A stretch of DNA of 64,000 nt from Prorocentrum cordatum (Eukaryota): contig CAUYUJ010000137.1 of assembly GCA_963575745.1 (NCBI GenBank), positions 248,001-312,000 of the forward strand, given 5' to 3'. Numbering within the stretch: the first letter of the stretch is position 1; each line of letters starts with the position of its first letter. A model generated the notes under the pieces. It was not told where the DNA came from. It searched no databases and worked only from the letters and a program-made list of their open reading frames with translations. Of this stretch, positions 52,960-64,000 are shown piece by piece. The position numbers were made by a program, and so were the translations under genes.

Positions 52960-53880
52960 GCGACGCCTGTCACATACAAGGCGCATGTTGGCCCCGGCCC
53001 CTCCGCGCACGCGAGCGTATTTTCGCGTGCGAAGAGTTCTCCACACCCTAGCTGGGTCCCTCGCCTGCGGCCCCGTCTTGGCCCGAGACACGTGGAAACA
53101 CGTGCACAACGCGCACGCACCAGGCGCATGTTGGGTCCCACATCCGCGCACGTAGCCAGGCGCATGCTGGCCCCCACATCCGTTGGCCCCCCCTCCCCCT
53201 CCGCGAACAACATTGCACGTGTAAAGAATTCGCCACCCCCAAGTTGGGTCCCCCTGGGGGCCCCGTGGACACGCGAAAAAGCGTGCCTCGCGCGCACACG
53301 CCAGAGGCGTGTTGCCCCCACCTTCGGACAAGCAGTTCACTTGATAAAGGACTCGGCACCTGCAAATTCGGTCCCTCACTCGAGGCCCCGTCGTGGCGCC
53401 AAACACGTGAAAGCACTTGCCCCCCGCGCGCACGCACCAGAGGCATGTTGCCCGCCCCCTCCGCGCACGCCTTTTTACGTGTTCAAGAACTCGGCACCTG
53501 CAAATTGGGTCCTCGCTTGCGGCCCCGTCGTGGCCCGAAACACGTGAAAACGCATGCCCCGCGCGCCAGCGCGTGTTGGGTCCCCCCCCCCTCCGTTGGT
53601 CCCCCCACCTCCGCGCACGACATTTCACTTGCACAGAACTCGCCACCCCCCTGGGGGGCCCCGTGGACGCGTGAAAACACGTGCCGTGGGCGCACGCGAC
53701 AGGGGCATGATGGGCCCCCCCTCCCCTCCGCGCAAGCATTCCCACGTGGAGAAGAATTCGGCACCTACAAGTTGGATCCTCGCATGCGGCCCCGTCGTGG
53801 CCCGAAACACGTGAAAGCACAGGCCGAGCGCACGCGTGCCGAGACTCATATTGGATACCCCCCCTCCACACACAAAATGT
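52960..53880 (+). repeat. Tandem array of ~110-170-bp units
   Basis: Recurrent CCCTCCGCGC..AGAAyTCG..GGCCCCGT..ACACGTGAAA. Confidence 0.88.
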
Positions 53881-54949
53881 TACGTGTCCAATTCCGGCGC
53901 CGCTGCTCGACACCTTTCAGGTGGAGGGTCTTTGGCCCGCAAACTACAAGAGAACCCTGGGCCGGAGCCCTTACCGGGAAAATCTGAACCGCTGGGGTCG
54001 GGTTCACACGTGGTTGCCTATCAGGCGCACGCTCCTCGTGAGTCCGAGTTCTGAAGGGAGGCGGCATGCGGGCTGAGAGATCATCAGCACGCCGACCTCT
54101 CAGGAGGCGAAGGCGGAGGCAGAAGTCGAGGAGGCACCGGAGATCCTCAGAGACTCCCCCCAGCAACGCGATGGGTACCCACAGGAGGCACCTTCGACGC
54201 ACACCCATCCCAGAAAATCTGGTGGGACGGAGCTCTGCCCACGGGAGGCACGGGAGGTGAGAGCGAAGCGAGGGAGCCGCCTTCTCCCAACACGGTGGCC
54301 AGTCGGACCCCCCCCCTCCTGGGAGCAACCATGCACACGTACTGGCCTGCACCTGGAGCAGCGTGGTATAGAGGGCAGGAGAACAGCCCTCGTAAACAAG
54401 CACCACTGCCAACGAGTCTCAGCAGGAATCGAGCGCTGTATTTGGTACACGGCCTGGGGCGCTTTAGTCAACGCCAGTCATGGGGGTCGGGGTGGTGGTC
54501 TTGCCTCCCTCGACGTCGAGCCCAAGATCTTGTCGGGCGGGGGCGGCGCTGCCCCTCCTCCAGACTCCCCCCACAAAGCTGGACAGCAGACCAGGACGCC
54601 ACCAGAAAGAGCATCCATGTCCAGACGCAAGGCCAGGCGCACGCCGCGCTGGCGACGAGGGGGATCCGCCTCCGCCTCGTCGATGCGGCTCTCGGGCCGG
54701 GACCCCAAACCCCCCCTTCAGTTGCGCCCCCGCCGCTCGCCACCGCCGCACCCCCGCTTCTCTGGGGTCGGACGAGGCGGGGGGTGGTCTGCAAGGGGGA
54801 ACTTACTCCAGCTTTCGTGATAAAAGGGGGGTCACAACCCTCCCAGACGAGAAGTTTTAGACCCCCCCAGACCATCCATGAAAGGGCGGCCCTCTGCCGA
54901 GACCCCCCCCAAACCCTCCAAGACAGCTCAAATCAGACCCCGCAGGAGT

Positions 54950-55120
54950 AGTAGGAGGAGGAGGAGGAGAAGGCTCAGGAGGCTCAGGAGGTTCAGGAGG
55001 TTGAGGAGGTTCAGGAGGTTGAGGAGGTTCAGGAGGAAGAGGTTCAGGAGGTTCAGGAGGTTCAGGAGGAGGAGGTTCAGGAGGTTCAGGAGGTTCAGGA
55101 GGTTCAGGAGGAGGGGCAGG
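54950..55120 (+). repeat. (AGGAGGTTC)n 9-mer repeat
   Basis: Direct inspection. Confidence 0.95.
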
Positions 55121-56022
55121 AGGCGGAGGACCAAATGTGACCCTCCCCACTCTGTTATGGAATCCAGGGGTGGCGAATCGGCGCACAGAGCTGGTCTTCC
55201 TGGCGCCGCCCAGTGCCAGAGGCGCCCATGCATCGAAGGAAGGCGCCCGGCGGTGGGGCCGAGACCAGCAGCACGAAGGAGACGTCGTGCCCCCCCCCCC
55301 CCCCTCCTCCCCTCCTCCCCCCCTCCTCCCCCTCCTCCTCCTCCTCCTCCTCCTCCTCCTCCTCACCTCCTCCTCCTCCTCCTCTTCCTCCTCCTCCTCC
55401 TACCCTTCCCAAGCCCCCCCCTTCCGTCCGATCCAAGCGAAGAGAACCAGCCCGCCCGCCACCGCTGGAGTCCGCCTCCTTTCCTCGCCCCGCCCAAGAG
55501 CAACGCTGCCGGGCCGCACGTGGGAGCGCGCAGAATGTCGGCATCGATGGACCCATCCCCATCCCCATCGGGTAAACAGGTTCCCGCTGGCCGACTTCTC
55601 CCCCCTGAGGGTGGACAGATGCCGTGACCGAGGGGCTCCGCGGCGCATCTATCCGCACCTACTTTGTCCTCACACCCCTGCGAGTCATCAGCCTCCAGTG
55701 CTGCAGATGCCCGCTGATCAGGCCATCTTGTGGGACAGGCCAGCAAGGACTCCACCGTCCGTCTGGGTACGCTTCGGCCACCCGCGGGCTGGATCTTCTA
55801 GCCAACTGGAGACTATTGAGGCCTCCCAGATGGGTTCCGAGTAGATGGGGTCCGAGGATCGCGCCGCTTCTCCGATACATCGGCGATGCATCGGCGATGC
55901 ACCGACCATGCACTGGCGTAGTCGGCGATGCATCGGCGACGTCGGCGTGGAGAAAATTGGGCCCCTCATCGAGCCGCATCGCCGATGCATCGGCGATGGC
56001 CTAAAGGATCTTCCAGCTGACT

Positions 56023-56180
56023 TGAGGTCAGGCATGTCCCCCTACAGGCGGATGTTGAACGAGAAATGAAACATGCCCCAAAAATGCCCCAACAATGTCC
56101 AGAAATACTCAAGGCATCGTCCCCAGACTATGCTCTGACGATTTGAACACTCCTCGTGTAGAGGGACAGGCCCGACGCAA
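56023..56180. mobile_element. hAT-like MITE, copy 2 (TSD AGCTGACT/AGCTGGCT)
   Basis: Same TIRs as 26954-27127. Confidence 0.82.
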
Positions 56181-56363
56181 AGCTGGCTGGAGACAAGGCG
56201 GGGTGGAGGAGAGGCAGAGAGGCAAGGGGGGGGGGGGGGGGGGCTGGAGAGGGAGCCTGCGCCGCGCGCCCCGCCCGGAGCCCAGAGAGGCAGTGGTCAG
56301 GCGCTTGGGGCGCGGAGGGACCCCGGGACCACCGGAGCTGGGGATCAGCCTACCGACTTGGGC

Positions 56364-56585
56364 GCCCAAGTTATCCGGGGTAACTCGGGTCCGGGGTAAC
56401 TCGGGTTCGGATTCCCGAAAAAGGAACCCGAGTTACCCCTGACCCGAGTTACCCCTGATGATTCGGGGCTCTGGACGCCCGAGTTATCCGGGGTAACTCG
56501 GGTCCGGGGTAACTCGGGTTCGGATTCCCGAAAAAAAACGAACCCGAGTTATCCCTGACCCGAGTTACCCCTGATGATTCGGGGC
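56364..56585. repeat. Tandem dimer of a ~105-bp palindromic element
   Basis: Each unit is (GGGGTAACTCGGGT)2 - loop - (ACCCGAGTTACCCC)2. Confidence 0.9.
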
Positions 56586-56641
56586 TCTGACGGACGCCGA
56601 CCCAGACGCGCGACGGCTTGCTCTGAGGGGCAACGATAGGA

Positions 56642-56809
56642 TCAGGTCGGGCGTGTCCCCCTACAGGAGGATTTTGGGCAAAAAAACCTAAAATGTCAAA
56701 CAACAAAGAAAAACAAAAAAATGTCAAACATAGTTATAACAAGTCGTCCCCAGACTATTGTTTGACTATGTTTGAATAGTCCTCCTGTGGAGGGACAGGC
56801 CCGACTTAA
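56642..56809. mobile_element. hAT-like MITE, copy 3 (TSD CGATAGGA/CCATAGGA)
   Basis: Same TIRs as copy 1. Confidence 0.88.
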
Positions 56810-57184
56810 CCATAGGAAGGGACTGACATAGGGGGGGGGCACGCATCGACCTGGAATCGGCGATCGTTACATCGCCGATAGATCAGCGAGAGGCCGCCGA
56901 TAGTGTATCCGTACGTTCCTGGGCAAGTAGGTTATTGGGCCCCTTATCGGCGATCAATGGGCGATGGGGGTCGATGCATCCTCCTCCTCCTCCTCCTCCT
57001 CCTCCTCATCCTCCGCCTCCTCCTCCTCCTCCGCCTCCTCCTCCTCCTCCTCCTCCTCCTCCTCCTCCTCCTCCTCCTCCTCCCCCCCTGTGCCCATGCC
57101 CCAAGTCGTTGCCCCTGATGACTTGTGTGTTTCATGTCATGCGCGGTCCCTGGGAGCCCCGACCCATTCCCTGGGGCCGGCTTC

Positions 57185-57522
57185 TCGGGGGCGACGCTTG
57201 GGGCGAACAGCGGAGGGGCGGGCGTGATTCGTATTCGCCCACTGGATACGTGTATTTAGGGAACAGAACTCTGTACACCAACTGCGCTGAAACTCTCACA
57301 AGACAGCGGATCCTGGTGTATACGGGGTCCTGGTGTATACATGTTTCGTTGATTCCCGGGGGAAACGGGGAAAAAGTATACACCACACCGACCACCACGA
57401 CGTCGTCCCCGACCCTCAAAAAATCCTGGGATTGAAAGAGAGCCCGCCACTGGTAATGTACATGCTCCAGTTTCCGATGTATTGCTCCCCCCTGGGCTAT
57501 TCGCCCCTATCGTCGCCTCCGA
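57185..57522. mobile_element. MITE, TCGG...CCGA ends, 5-bp TSD (GCTTC/GCTCC)
   Basis: TIR TCGGrGGCGACG..GGGGCGAAyAGC. Confidence 0.75.
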
Positions 57523-57661
57523 GCTCCTCATCCTGCGTCCTCTCCTGACGGCCCCGGGGGCCTGGCGTGGGTCCCCCAGAGGCCAAGGGCGACAGAAAAG
57601 GAGCCTCCCCGCCCTGCGCAACCTCACGACGCGAACCTTCAGCTTTTCCTGGAAGGCCAGA

Positions 57662-57895
57662 GTTGAGCAGGGGCCGACCGTCCGGGCATCCCTATAGGCC
57701 TACCACGATATCTTCTCAGAGCCCAAACATGTTCCAAGAACAACAACAGCCTTCTGGGAGCATGAGCCCGATTGGTTAACACAAGTCAGTGCCGTCAGAC
57801 ATGCTCTAAGCACATTTCGCGCAGACCACAAAAGGTTCTTAGAACATCCTTCGGTGGGCCTATAGGCACGCCAGGACGCTTCGCCATTGCTTGAC
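57662..57895. mobile_element. MITE with 3-bp TSD (AGA)
   Basis: Homologous to 7331-7565; AGA at 57659-57661 and 57896-57898. Confidence 0.82.
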
Positions 57896-58012
57896 AGAGG
57901 TAGGTGACGGCCCCGCCGCGAGCGATGGCCCGGCCCGGCCCGGCCCGCCGGGTGCGGGCCCGCATCACATGGGCCACACGAGGCTCCGCGCCGCCACCAG
58001 GCCCCGCTCCTC

Positions 58013-58373
58013 TCGGGGGGGAACGAAAGGGAGGGATGGCAAAGGGTAGGGTTAAGACGGCGTGTCCCCCTACAGGGGTATTTTCGACGAACAAAATGTT
58101 TGAAAAATATTCCAAAATGGTTACAGAAATACTCAATAAATAGTCCCCTGACTATTTTTGGCTATTTTTGACTATTCCCCCTGTAGAGGGACAGGCCCGA
58201 CTCTAAGGGTAGGGTAGAGAATCAGCTCACGTAGCTGATTTTCCCAGCGCCTCCCGGCGCCGGGAGGCACCCATGTGTCGAGGGATGGGGCCGGCGGCGG
58301 GGCCGAAACCAGCTGCATGCAGCAGATTTCGTACCCCCCCCCTTTCCCTATCCCCCCCTTTCGTTCGGCCCGT
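58013..58373. mobile_element. MITE, 5-bp TSD (TCCTC), hosting a nested hAT-like MITE
   Basis: TIR CGGG..GAACGAAAGGG.GGGAT / ATCCCCCCCTTTCGTTCGGCCCG; TCCTC at 58008-58012 and 58374-58378. Confidence 0.8.
58052..58206. mobile_element. hAT-like MITE, copy 4 (perfect TSD GGGTAGGG)
   Basis: Same TIRs as copy 1; TSD at 58044-58051 and 58207-58214. Confidence 0.9.
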
Positions 58374-61029
58374 TCCTCCAGGCGCGGGCCCGAAGGTTCT
58401 CCAGCGGGTGCCCCGGGGCGTCGAGGCTCTCCAAGCCTGGAGGGACAACGACGAAGTCACCTACAGGGGTCGAGAGTGTTCTTGCCGTGTTCGGCATCCA
58501 GGATCCAGGGGCCGTCTTCAAGCTCCAGGATCGTCAAACACGGATCCAGGGCGAAGAAGGTCTACCAAATGGGCCCAGGGAGGGTTCCGGGGACCGATCT
58601 TGAGCGGATCTTGAAAAGCCAAAAAACCATGTCCGTATCTGCAGCCTCGCGGGCCAGGCCCCTGGGCCGCGACCTCGGGGATGCCCCGCGTGGAACGCAA
58701 AGCCAGATCTAGGCCAGAAGAACATCCCTCAAGAGCATGAGACCCTCCGACGGCCCAAACAAGCAGAACATCAAAGGGTAGGTACCCTTCCTAGGGTGTA
58801 CACGAACATCCAGAAAACACGAAGCATACTGGGGTACCCTCCCCGAACAGACCTCGATCTTATACCTCGGTCCGACTGCAGGGGCGACTGGCAAAGTGGG
58901 GTAGATCGGCGATATGCCCTCGCTAATAAATCCGAACGTTCCTGGGCAGGTCGGAACTATCGGGCCCCTGTCGGCGAACACTGGGCGATGGGGGTGGAGG
59001 CATCCCCCCCTTCGCCTACGGTGGAGGCCAATCCACAAGAAACCTTCGACGAGAAACCCAACCCTGAGACCCCAGGGCGTCCACTGATTGTCGGTGCGGG
59101 AACGTCGCACTTTCCACAGCAGAACCATCGAAACCCAAGAAACTGAGGGCACCCTGGAGGCAAGCAGGGTGTTCCTTTCGGCTACACGTGAGAGTGACCC
59201 TGGGTAAGAGTGACCTTTGGTGCGCGGCTTAACGGGGGACGCGGGGTGGTCAAAGCTGAGCGCGCAAGCCGCTGCTGCCGCTTCGCGCTCAGCGACCGGG
59301 GGAGCCCTTTGGGCCCGCACCGAAGGTCATTCCGGCGAAAAGTCACTCTTGCGTGCAGTCGATCCTTGGCCTGGGCCTCCACTGCATCCTCCCGCCCCTG
59401 TCGCTGGCCATCACTCGGACGTCCATTCCCTGTGCTTTGTTCGGTTTCGTGCGTGGTTTTTCGCTAAATGATCAAGGACGCTCCTCGATGGTCCTCGCCG
59501 AAGGAAAAATGCACACGTCCGAGCGATGCCAAGGTCGTTGCCCCTAAAAGCCTCTCCGCGGCCGGGGCCGGCTTCTCCGCAGCCGCGCCGCCCAGCAGGT
59601 GCTCCGAGGCCCTCCACGCCTGGGGGCCGAAGGCGGCCAGGCTCGCTGCAGGGCGAAGGCTCAGGATGAGGGCAGAGTCGCGAAAGCCCCTGCCTCCGGC
59701 GTCTCGAGCGAATCGAGACGGAGCTGCTTCAGAACTTTCGGTCTGTCGGCGACCCGTCTGGGCCTCGGGACCGTTCGAAAACGATGGAGATCCTCTGACC
59801 CGGGTCAATCCAGACCCAGGTCAATCAGGCATTGCAAGATCCTGCAACATTTTGCACCCAAACCCGGGTCAGTGCAAAGGATCCTGCAAAATCCTGCGGG
59901 ATCCTGCACCCAAACTCGGGCCAATGCGACCCTGGCCCTGCAGGATCCTGCAAGATCTGGCGCCCTGGCTGACCCCGGTTTGCATGGACCCCCGTCTCAA
60001 GCCTCCCGAAACGACTCGGGACGCAAGACCGGTCCCAGGGAAACAGTGGAGAGGTCGGGGGCCCGTCTCTCGAGAAAATCGAGACGGTAAATGTCCAGGA
60101 AGCTTGTCGACATCTCCATGGAAGCCCGCGCGCACCCTGGCGCTGTCCGATTTGGTCCTGGATCTGGGCCAAATTTGGAACGCATCTGGGACCATATTTG
60201 ACCCGGATTCGCCCCTTCACAGGGGAGACGAGAAGAATGAGGAAAGGGAGGGAGAACAAATCGAGAATCTCTGACAGCCCAAAGGTCTGGATGGTATATC
60301 AGGCGCCACGGCCGTTTCAGAGCGATCTGGAACGCTGTGAGCCTTGAACTGCCGAGTCAGACCAACATCGATTTATACACAGTCTCGAGACGGCCTGACG
60401 GTCGAAGAATTGCCTGGCATCACGATGTCGAGAAAACGGCGCGTTGTATCCATTCGATGACTCGAACGACCCTGGGATGAGCATCGATCAACGCTTCAGG
60501 CGAATCTGCGGACAGGAACTTACTGGTGGTCCCAGCAAGGGAGCACACTGTCGTAACCCCGTCCCCAGTCGAAACCCAGAGCATGATCGAACCGAACAGG
60601 CGGCATGCGACATCCAACAAGTGACAACGATGACTGATAAGAACCGAAAAAGCAAGAGAACTGCTCCAGTAACTCGAGCGCATACGTAAAGATAACACAC
60701 AACTTAAACATTACGATGTTCCAATGGGACAAAATCGTACCCAGCAAAATCCCCGCACAACCTCCGGGACAACACAGACAACCCCTCCAGCCGGCGCTGA
60801 GACGAGAGCACCACGCCTAATGATGAGGCATGTGCCCAGCGCGAAGGCGACAGCACCTATCCCAGACGGGGATGTAGCCAGAGCTCGGGCGAGGGCACCA
60901 TTCCCAATCACGGATGTGGCTGGCACTCGAGCGACAACACCATACGCACCTGTAAAGGATTTGGCCAGTGTTGAGGCGAGAGTACCGTTCCCAATCAGGG
61001 ACGTGGCAAGCGCGCAGTGTTGCGTGGAT

Positions 61030-62070
61030 GTCTCAAGCGGAATTGGCCAAACCAGCTTTCTCGCGGCATCTCATAACCCGGAATTGTAACGATGTCTCGG
61101 GTGAAACTGCCTGGAACACCTCCGGTCAGAGCACATCTGAGCCCAGAATTACGAGGACGTCTCAGGCGAAACTTGCTAGAAAACGTCGTGTTTGGTATCC
61201 TTGAGCCCCAAATCTGGAGGAAGTCCCATGCGAAGCTGGCCAGACCACCTCAGACCAGAGTAAATCGGAGCCCAGGAAATCGCAAGGATGGTTCCTGCAA
61301 ACCTGACTGGACAAACTCGTGCGCGGTATCTCGAAGCCCAGAATTGCGAGAACATTCCAGGCAAAACTAACTTGACAACCTCGTACGCGGCATCTCGGAG
61401 TCTAGAGTTGTGACTGACGTCGTCGCAGGCGAAGCTGGCTGGACCCCCTCTCGCGCGGAATCATTGAGCCCAGAGTTGCGAGGATGTCTCAGGCGACATG
61501 GGCTGGATAATATCGTGCGCAGCATGTCGTAAACGAACCTAGCAGGACCACCGCAAGTCAAAACATATGAGCCCAGTGTTGCGAGTATCCCTCAAGCGGA
61601 ACTGGCTGGAGCACCTCGCTTGCACCATCTGTGAGCCCAGAGCTGCAAGGACGCTTCAAGCTTTCGAAGCTGGCCGCACCACCTCTCGCGCAGCATTTGA
61701 TGATATTTCCGAAAGAACGGTCCACACCGCCTCCGGTCAGGCATATCGGAACCCAGAGGCGCAACGACGTCTCAAGGGACACTGGTTTAAAAACGTCGCG
61801 CGCGGCATATGTGAGGCAATAATTGCGAGGATGTGTCATGCGACGCTGGCTGGGCCACCTCAGGTCATGGCAGATCGGACGTGCGACGATAGCTTGAGCA
61901 AAACTGGCTGAATAACCTTGTGCGCGTCGTCCCCGAACCCAGCAGACGCGAGGAATGCCTCAGGCGGACGCGATTGAACAATTTCACACGCAACCGCCAG
62001 GAGACTGAAGTTGCGAGGATCTCGTAGGCGGGACTTGCAAGAACACCTTTCGGGCGACTTCTCTGAAACC
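61030..62070 (+). repeat. Degenerate ~60-65-bp tandem satellite (also 63560-64000)
   Basis: Recurrent GAGCCCAGAGTTGCGAGGATGTCTCAGGCGAAACTGGC..ACCTC. Confidence 0.85.
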
Positions 62071-62329
62071 CGAGCTGCGACGGGCCGTGTGCGCCGTAGC
62101 GCGCGCGCGCGCCGCCTCGCGCGCCGCCGCCGAAGCAACAGCCGGCGCCATCACCGTCGTCGTCGTCGTGGTGGTCCGTCTGCGTTTCCTCCTCCTCCTC
62201 CTCCTCCTCCTCCTCCTCTTCCTCCAGCCCCTCCTCGCCCCCCTTCCTTGTTTTCCATTTTTTCCGCCGGAACCGAACGGGAAGGAAAGGAGGAGAGAAA
62301 GGAAGACCGACAAACAAACGGGACACGAA

Positions 62330-63550
62330 GGGGGGATCGCTATGGTGATTGATTGCGTGAAGAGTGAATGCGGCGTGGCGATCACTGAGAAACTCCACGT
62401 TCCAGTGACATCTGGTGCGGCGTGATCGTGGCCCCTGTGGCTGCGGTCTCCGAACTCTTTCCCGCGCGGGTGCGCCACTGTGACTGCTGTGGCGGCGGTC
62501 CCCGATTTGGTTCCCGTGACAGGCAGCTCGCGGGCGACGCGCCTCGGTGTTCCTCACGGTACCGGTGCCTGGATCACCTCCTGCAGGACGCGGCTCGCCT
62601 GCGGCACAACGTGGTGATCGTCGGAACACTTGTTTCTGCCACGGCTCCCGCGCGACATGGCACGCACGCGGCGCAACATGCGAAATCGGTTGCGACGGTC
62701 GTCAATGCTTTTCCCGTGCGATGATGGGGAACGCCAATAGGATGACGACGAGAACGACGGGGGGAGGAAACAGTTGAGGCCTGACACCGCCCGGACAACC
62801 CCTTAGACAACCTCCTGGACACGCCGCTCTGCCTAATTCGCGCGCAAGCGCCACCCCGCAAACGACATTTGAAAACAGCGTGTCCTTTGCAACCCACCAA
62901 ACACGCCCGACACGACATGCCGCAGCGGGCGAACGTTGCACAACGGTACCGGCGGATCAGTAACGGTGCCGCGTTGCGGCCCGCCGTTCGCGGATCCGCC
63001 TGGACCTCTATGTGCGAAATCTGGGTCCCACTCGACCATGCGTCAATGAATGGCGACCCACCCGTTCACGCGGGCAACCCCCCGGACTACCTCCTGGAGC
63101 ACGCAAGCTCCGCTTTGACCGCTGGCCTAGCGGGAGCCCGAGCACGCAATCCCACGCTCCACTTCCCACGGGAGTTCGACCTGTCGGTTGGGGGCCAAAT
63201 GCTGCCGCGCGCAAGAAACTTCTCGGCAAGCATAGTAGGCGCGAATAGATTTCTCGAGCAATTCGATAAGCGTGCAACAAGCGTGCAGCAATCGCAGCGC
63301 GCAGCTGCGGGCGCCTGGCAAGACGCCCGCGGCTGCGCGCTGCGCGGAGAATGCGCGCGACGCTGCACAGCGAGACATGCCAATTGTGCCGCGCTGCCCC
63401 TAGCGAAGCGAAAGTCACCGAGAAGGAGTAGCGCTTGCCCGCGCGCCAGCAGCCGCTCCATCATGCACAACCCAGCACGGGCACGACCCGAATTGGGGCA
63501 CAACGTGGGCAAGGCAACGTGCGCCACAAGCGAGCGGGCACGCTTGGAAT
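62330..63550 (-). pseudogene. SLC9C-like exchanger relic, segment A1 (TM13 to S1)
   Basis: HVALPTLCPNSGRARAGL (~63490; LTLxxNxTT); SSYWRSPSSHG (~62730; SYWxQxxxG); PQPQGPRSRRTRCH...TLHAINHH (62340-62450; pre-S1/S1). Confidence 0.55.
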
Positions 63551-64000
63551 GAGCTTCCTGGCATGCCCCTTGGCAGACCTGACAACCCCACTGGCGGAAC
63601 TGGCCGGACCACCTCGCGCGAGGCATCTCGGAACCCAGAGTTGCGAGGAATGTCTCCAGCGAAACCGGCCAGACCACATCGCGCGCGGCGTCGTTGATCC
63701 CATAGTTGCGAGGGTCACAAGCGGAACAGGCTCGACCACCTCTCGCGCGAGCCATCTCGGGACCCAGAGTTGCGAGGATTTCATGCGAAACTGGTTGGAC
63801 CACCTCTCGCGCAGCACCTCCGAACCCAGAATCGCGAGAATGTCTCTGGCGACGCGGGCCAGACAGCCTCGCAAGCGGCAGCTCGGAGGCCGAAGTTGCC
63901 AGGATGTCTGCGGCGAAACTGGCCGAACCATTGAGATGAGGGCATCATGGTGCGTAGAGTTGCGAGGATGACGCAGACGACGCTAGCCGCGCGCGCTGCA

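Larger units (their letters stand above)
55620..60700 (-). pseudogene. SLC9C-like exchanger relic, segment A2 (TM4-8 joined to S4/coupling helices/CNBD)
   Basis: ORF 60420-60698 CRLFGSIM..VTTVCSLAGTTSKFLSADSPEALIDA..AVF resembles FGAIMSATDPVAV..GASK.L..IEGESLLND. LVSPVKG (~60225) resembles TM7. LSLRPAASLAAFGP (~59650) resembles S4. Further motifs: LPRSLSAKRQQRLARSAL (~59280); RLE|ERGLV across the 58013-58373 insertion; EKLKVRVVRL (57620-57648); ESLL..RASAALE (~55720). Confidence 0.62.

Noticed and set aside
60400..60700. Copia RT fragment on the plus strand
   Set aside because: The minus ORF matches the ATDP/GES region much better.
61893..61909. Spliced-leader-like CTTGAGCAAAACTGGCT
   Set aside because: A variant of the local satellite unit.

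Overview
Eukaryotic, GC-rich, repeat-dense DNA. A dinoflagellate (Prorocentrum-like) source is inferred from GC-AG/GA-AG splice signals, tandem gene copies and repeat types; this is not proven. I found no intact protein-coding gene, RNA gene or CRISPR array, and most listed ORFs are repeat artefacts. The main structure is a head-to-tail array of at least six (seven segments) heavily decayed minus-strand copies of a CPA1 Na+/H+ exchanger carrying a voltage-sensor domain and a cyclic-nucleotide-binding domain (SLC9C/sNHE-like). It spans almost the whole 64 kb. It was recognised by eye from collinear degenerate motifs compared with recalled SOS1/SLC9C consensus; no alignment was run. The copies are interrupted by MITEs with readable TIRs and TSDs (a hAT-like 8-bp-TSD family, TA-flanked Tc1-like elements, 3-bp-TSD elements, and a TYRG/5-bp-TSD group, two of which could splice out as GA-AG introns), a foldback-like element, LINE and LTR relics, satellites and long microsatellites. 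Pseudogene boundaries are approximate.
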